From NCBI RefSeq assembly GCF_001194135.2, contig NC_068988.1, positions 53,929,123 through 53,993,122 of the forward strand: a stretch of DNA of 64,000 nt, read 5' to 3'. Of the stretch, positions 61,883-64,000 are shown in pieces. Each line of letters starts with the position of its first letter. Position 1 is the stretch's first letter. Below the pieces are notes generated by a model. It saw only the letters and a list, made by a program, of their open reading frames with translations, ran no database searches and had not been told where the DNA came from. A program made the translations under genes and the position numbers. The stretch is from Octopus bimaculoides. Taxonomy: Eukaryota.

Positions 61883-61956
61883 TATATACATACAATCATA
61901 CATATGTCTACTATACACCATTTTAAACTGATGATTACCTGTTTGTACGTTTGTGA

Positions 61957-61989
<33 letters not shown>

Positions 61990-64000
61990 ATGTCCTATAA
62001 CTGACTGTCTCTCTATTTTTGTAGGGTCTTCCCTGTTGTCACATATTGTGAAATTTTAAAATCACGTCAAAATTTTCAAATTTGGTATATTGAAATAATT
62101 TTCCACATTAAATACGATTTTGTTATTTATTTATTCCAGGAAAATTGCAGAAAAATGTTACTGAGGTTTAAAGTTTAATTAATTTTACCTAATTAGAAAA
62201 CAGAATTTGGAAGCTGGCATTTCTATCACAAAATGAAAGCAAAATCATTATGAGGAGGAATTTTTATAAAGCAAATGGAAGCAAAGCATTACAATGACCA
62301 AAGTTGTAAGAACTTCTGAAGTTTTGATAAGTTTTAATGAATGAAGTCATGTGAAATGGTCAAACAGACATGTAAATAATTTAAAAAGGGAAAAATATCC
62401 TCCACGAAGTTTTTTTGCAAAAAATTACACAATTCTGTTCTGACCAAGTGGCCTATCTGCCGGGGAAGGCATGGTCTGACATAGAATAAACAAAAATTTA
62501 TATAAAACATTCTATTGTAAGAATTGTCTGGCAACAACTGGGGCCATTCAGTTAGCACAATATAAAAGAAGATACCAAAGTGTAAGCCCGGTGGAATTCA
62601 CATTCTTATAACAATTATTTCTCCATTTATGTACAGCTTAAACATATTTTCTATAGGTGCAGGCATGTTGTGTGGTTAAGAAGCTAGCTTCCTAGCCATA
62701 TGGACTTTGATTCAACCTCACTATTCAGTACTTGAAATGAGTGTCTTCTCCAATAGCGCTATAGCCAAGAATTAACCAAAGCCTTGATCTTCATTTCTAG
62801 TCTCCTGTGGAGAAACAGAAACAGGGAATATTACCTTACTTTGAGACAAGTGCTGTTTAGCATCAGAAAGGGTATCTGGCCATAGACTGTCTTCTTTAAC
62901 AAATTCTGTCTGACCTGTGAAAGCACAGAAATATGGGTGTTAAGTAATGATGACAATGAGTCAGCAAGGGAGCATGTATGTCACTTCTTAGTCTGCTAGA
63001 AATAAAAACCAAATGACCATCAAATCATCCTTACAGCCATATAAAAGAAAGGGTACCAGGAAAGTTGTAGTTCTACACACCACTATTAGGACTGAATGCA
63101 ATGAGGTAATGTACAAATCAACAAAGAAGTCTCTACATAGTTGCTGAACCTGATAGAAATAACACCCAAATGTCCTTCACATCCTAGTTTACCAGGTTTA
63201 AAGAAAGGTCAAGACTCTTTGATAATGTAATCCTAAATATATCTGAGAAAGAGAAAAGGCATGGTCGTAGATAGAATACTCTGTTCATATGTTTACTCTA
63301 TGCAGGTTGACCTGGGGTTAAACAACAATCGTATATATTCTTTGTTCATTCTTAAATTAATCCTGAAATTAAATTTAAATTTATCAGAAAAAAAAAAAGA
63401 AAATTAATTAATTTAACTTAATTGTATTATTTCTGTAATTTCAATTTAAATGTTAATTGAATCAATAATTATTATATCTGATCATAGAGAGGAAATGGAA
63501 AACACATCATATCATGATAACAACAAACCACGACAGACAAAACATCTCTGTAGTTTAGAGATGAATTCTTTATTTATTGGTTTGTCTGAGTGAAAGAAAC
63601 TACAACATGGTTATGACCTCTGCAAGGCCTTTCCTCACATTTCAACTTGTTACATCACTGCTGCAATAGTCCAGTTTGACCTCCCTATGGGTTGATCACT
63701 GTGGAGGGGAAAAAAAATGTGGTTGTGGAGGGATTTCCAGAGGGTCACAGTTTAGTAGGTGAGTTAGAATAGCGGGTTTACAATTGTGAGATTGTAATTT
63801 TGATTAGCGGTTGTGTGTTGTGTTCTTGAGTAAGATGCGTTATTTCATGTTGTTCCAATTCACTCAGCTGGTGCCAAGCTGTAACGGTCTTTGCCTTTCC
63901 TTTGGACAATATCAGTGGGGTGGAGAAGGGAGACCGGTATGCATAGGTGACTTCTGGTCTTCCACAAACAACCTTGCCTGAACTTGTGCCTCAGAGAGGA

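Overview
Eukaryotic, AT-rich, repeat-dense genomic DNA. The SINE/LINE families match those I recall from octopus genomes (inference). There are four assembly gaps. The only host protein-coding sequence I can support is the 3' half of a + strand retinoic acid receptor-like nuclear receptor (RAR/NR1B): four ligand-binding-domain exons (5454-5606, 6454-6658, 8728-8886, 12567-12667) plus one probable extra upstream exon (1778-1897). Exon sizes and intron phases match vertebrate RAR, but the ligand pocket is heavily remodelled. An intact-looking intron-containing tRNA-Ile(UAU) gene (38756-38864, minus) lies in a ~3 kb CpG-rich island that has no recognisable CDS. The rest is tRNA-derived SINEs (several families, often in head-to-tail arrays), RTE and CR1/L2-type LINE fragments, mariner/maT/hAT/piggyBac-like/Helentron-like DNA elements and microsatellites. 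Most interesting observations: (1) a Penelope-type minimal hammerhead-ribozyme fold with a non-canonical core (33979-34015) and a second degenerate one (29572-29618); (2) several near-perfect hairpins or foldbacks (26131-26202, 53374-53612, 56494-56722, 60399-60491); (3) an ~18 kb domain spanning the last RAR intron and the downstream region in which every retroposon I could orient is on the + strand, ending at a poly(A)-like signal; (4) a PHD-like finger inserted in the RTE reverse transcriptase. All alignments were done by eye against sequences recalled from memory; repeat boundaries are approximate; nothing was computed or searched.
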